A stretch of DNA of 64,000 nucleotides, taken from the NCBI GenBank assembly GCA_963806225.1, contig CAWDXG010000004.1:4800001-4864000 (forward strand). The letters are read 5' to 3'. The translations under genes and the position numbers were made by a program. Positions 62,975 to 64,000 of this stretch are shown here, one piece after another. Origin of the DNA: an uncultured delta proteobacterium. Its GTDB lineage: Bacteria; Myxococcota_A; Polyangia; Polyangiales; Polyangiaceae. Position 1 is the first letter of the stretch. Every line of letters begins with the position of its first letter. The notes under the pieces are model-generated. The model was not told the DNA's origin. It did not search any database and saw nothing but the letters and a program-made list of their open reading frames with translations.

Positions 62975-64000
62975 CTAGCCCGCCGGCGCGACCGCCGCGC
63001 GTTTCCGGCCGGCGCGCCGCGCTTCGAGCCCCGCCGCAAGCGCCACGGCTCCGAGCGACAGCGCGAGCGTCATCGCCCACACGCCGGCCGCGCTGTGCGG
63101 GATCACGCCGGCGAAGTCGAGCACGCCCAGCACGCCGAGGTGCGCGACGTAGGCGGCGAGCGCGTGCTGTCCGAGCCACAGCACGGGCGTCATCGCGCGC
63201 GGGCGGCACATGGCGTTCTGCGTCGCGAGAAGCAGGAGCGCGCTGCCGAGCAGGGGTGCGAGCAGCGCGAGCGCACCCACTGCCGAGTGGTTCCAGAACA
63301 CGACGGCCACGGTGCCCGGCGGGTGCGAGAACAGGTCGGCGAGCGCGAGCTCTCCGGCGTGCGCGGCGTAGTGCGACGCGCGCAGGGTGACCCACGGCCC
63401 GGCCGGCGCGGCCAGCGCCGAGATGGGCACGGCTCCGACCGTCAGCCAGCCCAGAGCGCGTAGGCCGCCGTCGGAGTACACGCGCCCCGCGATGGCGCCC
63501 GTCGCCGTCAGCGCCAGCAACGGGAAGGCTCCGCCCGGACCCGCGTTGAGCCCGGTCAGCGTTGCGCCGGACACGTCGAGCAGGCGTGTGACGGCGATCA
63601 CCGCGACCGCGAACCCAGCGAGCGGCGTGATCGGGCGCGGCAGAGCCAGCATCAGCCCGACTGTGACGATCCCGATCGCGATGACCGACAGGATCCCCGA
63701 CGACGTGACCAGATCCGGCAGCTCGAAGCCGTAGTGCGCGACGAAGAGCGCGGCGGAGATCGCATACAGCAGCGCTGCGCGACGCACGATCAGCCGCACC
63801 CACGGACCCGGCTCCGCGAAGCGCCGCCGGGACAGCACCAGGCTGAAGCCCACGATGAACAGGAACGCGCCCGCCGTGTAGGGTTCCAGATAGACCAGCA
63901 GGTGGAGCAGCCGCTGCCCGGGCGCGCCCTGCGCCACGTCCGTCTGCAGCCGGTACCCGTGCGCCTCGAACATCAAGAGCACGGCGATGGCCCGGAACAG
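62975..64000 (-). CDS. HGSNAT/DUF1624-like acyltransferase membrane protein (5' end beyond the window)
   Basis: LFRAIAVLLMFEAH, FLFIVGFSL, GIL..IA, LGQHALAAYVAH. Confidence 0.75.
   Translation of the reverse strand: MFRAIAVLLMFEAHGYRLQTDVAQGAPGQRLLHLLVYLEPYTAGAFLFIVGFSLVLSRRRFAEPGPWVRLIVRRAALLYAISAALFVAHYGFELPDLVTSSGILSVIAIGIVTVGLMLALPRPITPLAGFAVAVIAVTRLLDVSGATLTGLNAGPGGAFPLLALTATGAIAGRVYSDGGLRALGWLTVGAVPISALAAPAGPWVTLRASHYAAHAGELALADLFSHPPGTVAVVFWNHSAVGALALLAPLLGSALLLLATQNAMCRPRAMTPVLWLGQHALAAYVAHLGVLGVLDFAGVIPHSAAGVWAMTLALSLGAVALAAGLEARRAGRKRAAVAPAG

Overview
A very GC-rich bacterial chromosome segment, most consistent with Myxococcota (Polyangiales-like). That is inferred from a Hanks-type Ser/Thr kinase, many Cys-rich and Gly/Ser-rich lipoproteins, MYXO-CTERM-like C-termini and a DUF2378-like protein. 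About 55 protein-coding genes or remnants are present; I saw no rRNA, tRNA or CRISPR array. Notable regions: (1) A probable + strand operon at 9.2-18.9 kb encoding an alpha/beta hydrolase, a B12-dependent radical SAM enzyme, a chelatase ChlI/ChlD gene split at an A10 slippery site (candidate programmed -1 frameshift) and a 1440-aa double-ATPase CoA-enzyme activase. No chelatase large subunit is in the window, and a GxxExxY nuclease gene bounded by a perfect 23-bp inverted repeat interrupts the operon. (2) A mosaic defence-like island at 27.1-33.9 kb with three generations of addiction-module/ParE toxin-antitoxin pairs, a HIT-PLD-SF2 helicase fusion and two complementary truncated HNH-endonuclease genes. 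(3) Many secreted repeat proteins (B-lectin on a Cys-rich stalk, Sel1, PQQ propeller, FG-GAP, RCC1-like, GGSSGF repeats). (4) Housekeeping and metabolic genes (peroxiredoxin, acyl-CoA ligase, GH161-like glucan phosphorylase, SthA, TraB, aminotransferase). Three genes carry single lesions (two frameshifts, one in-frame TGA) that may be assembly errors. All family assignments come from motif recognition by eye, not database searches.
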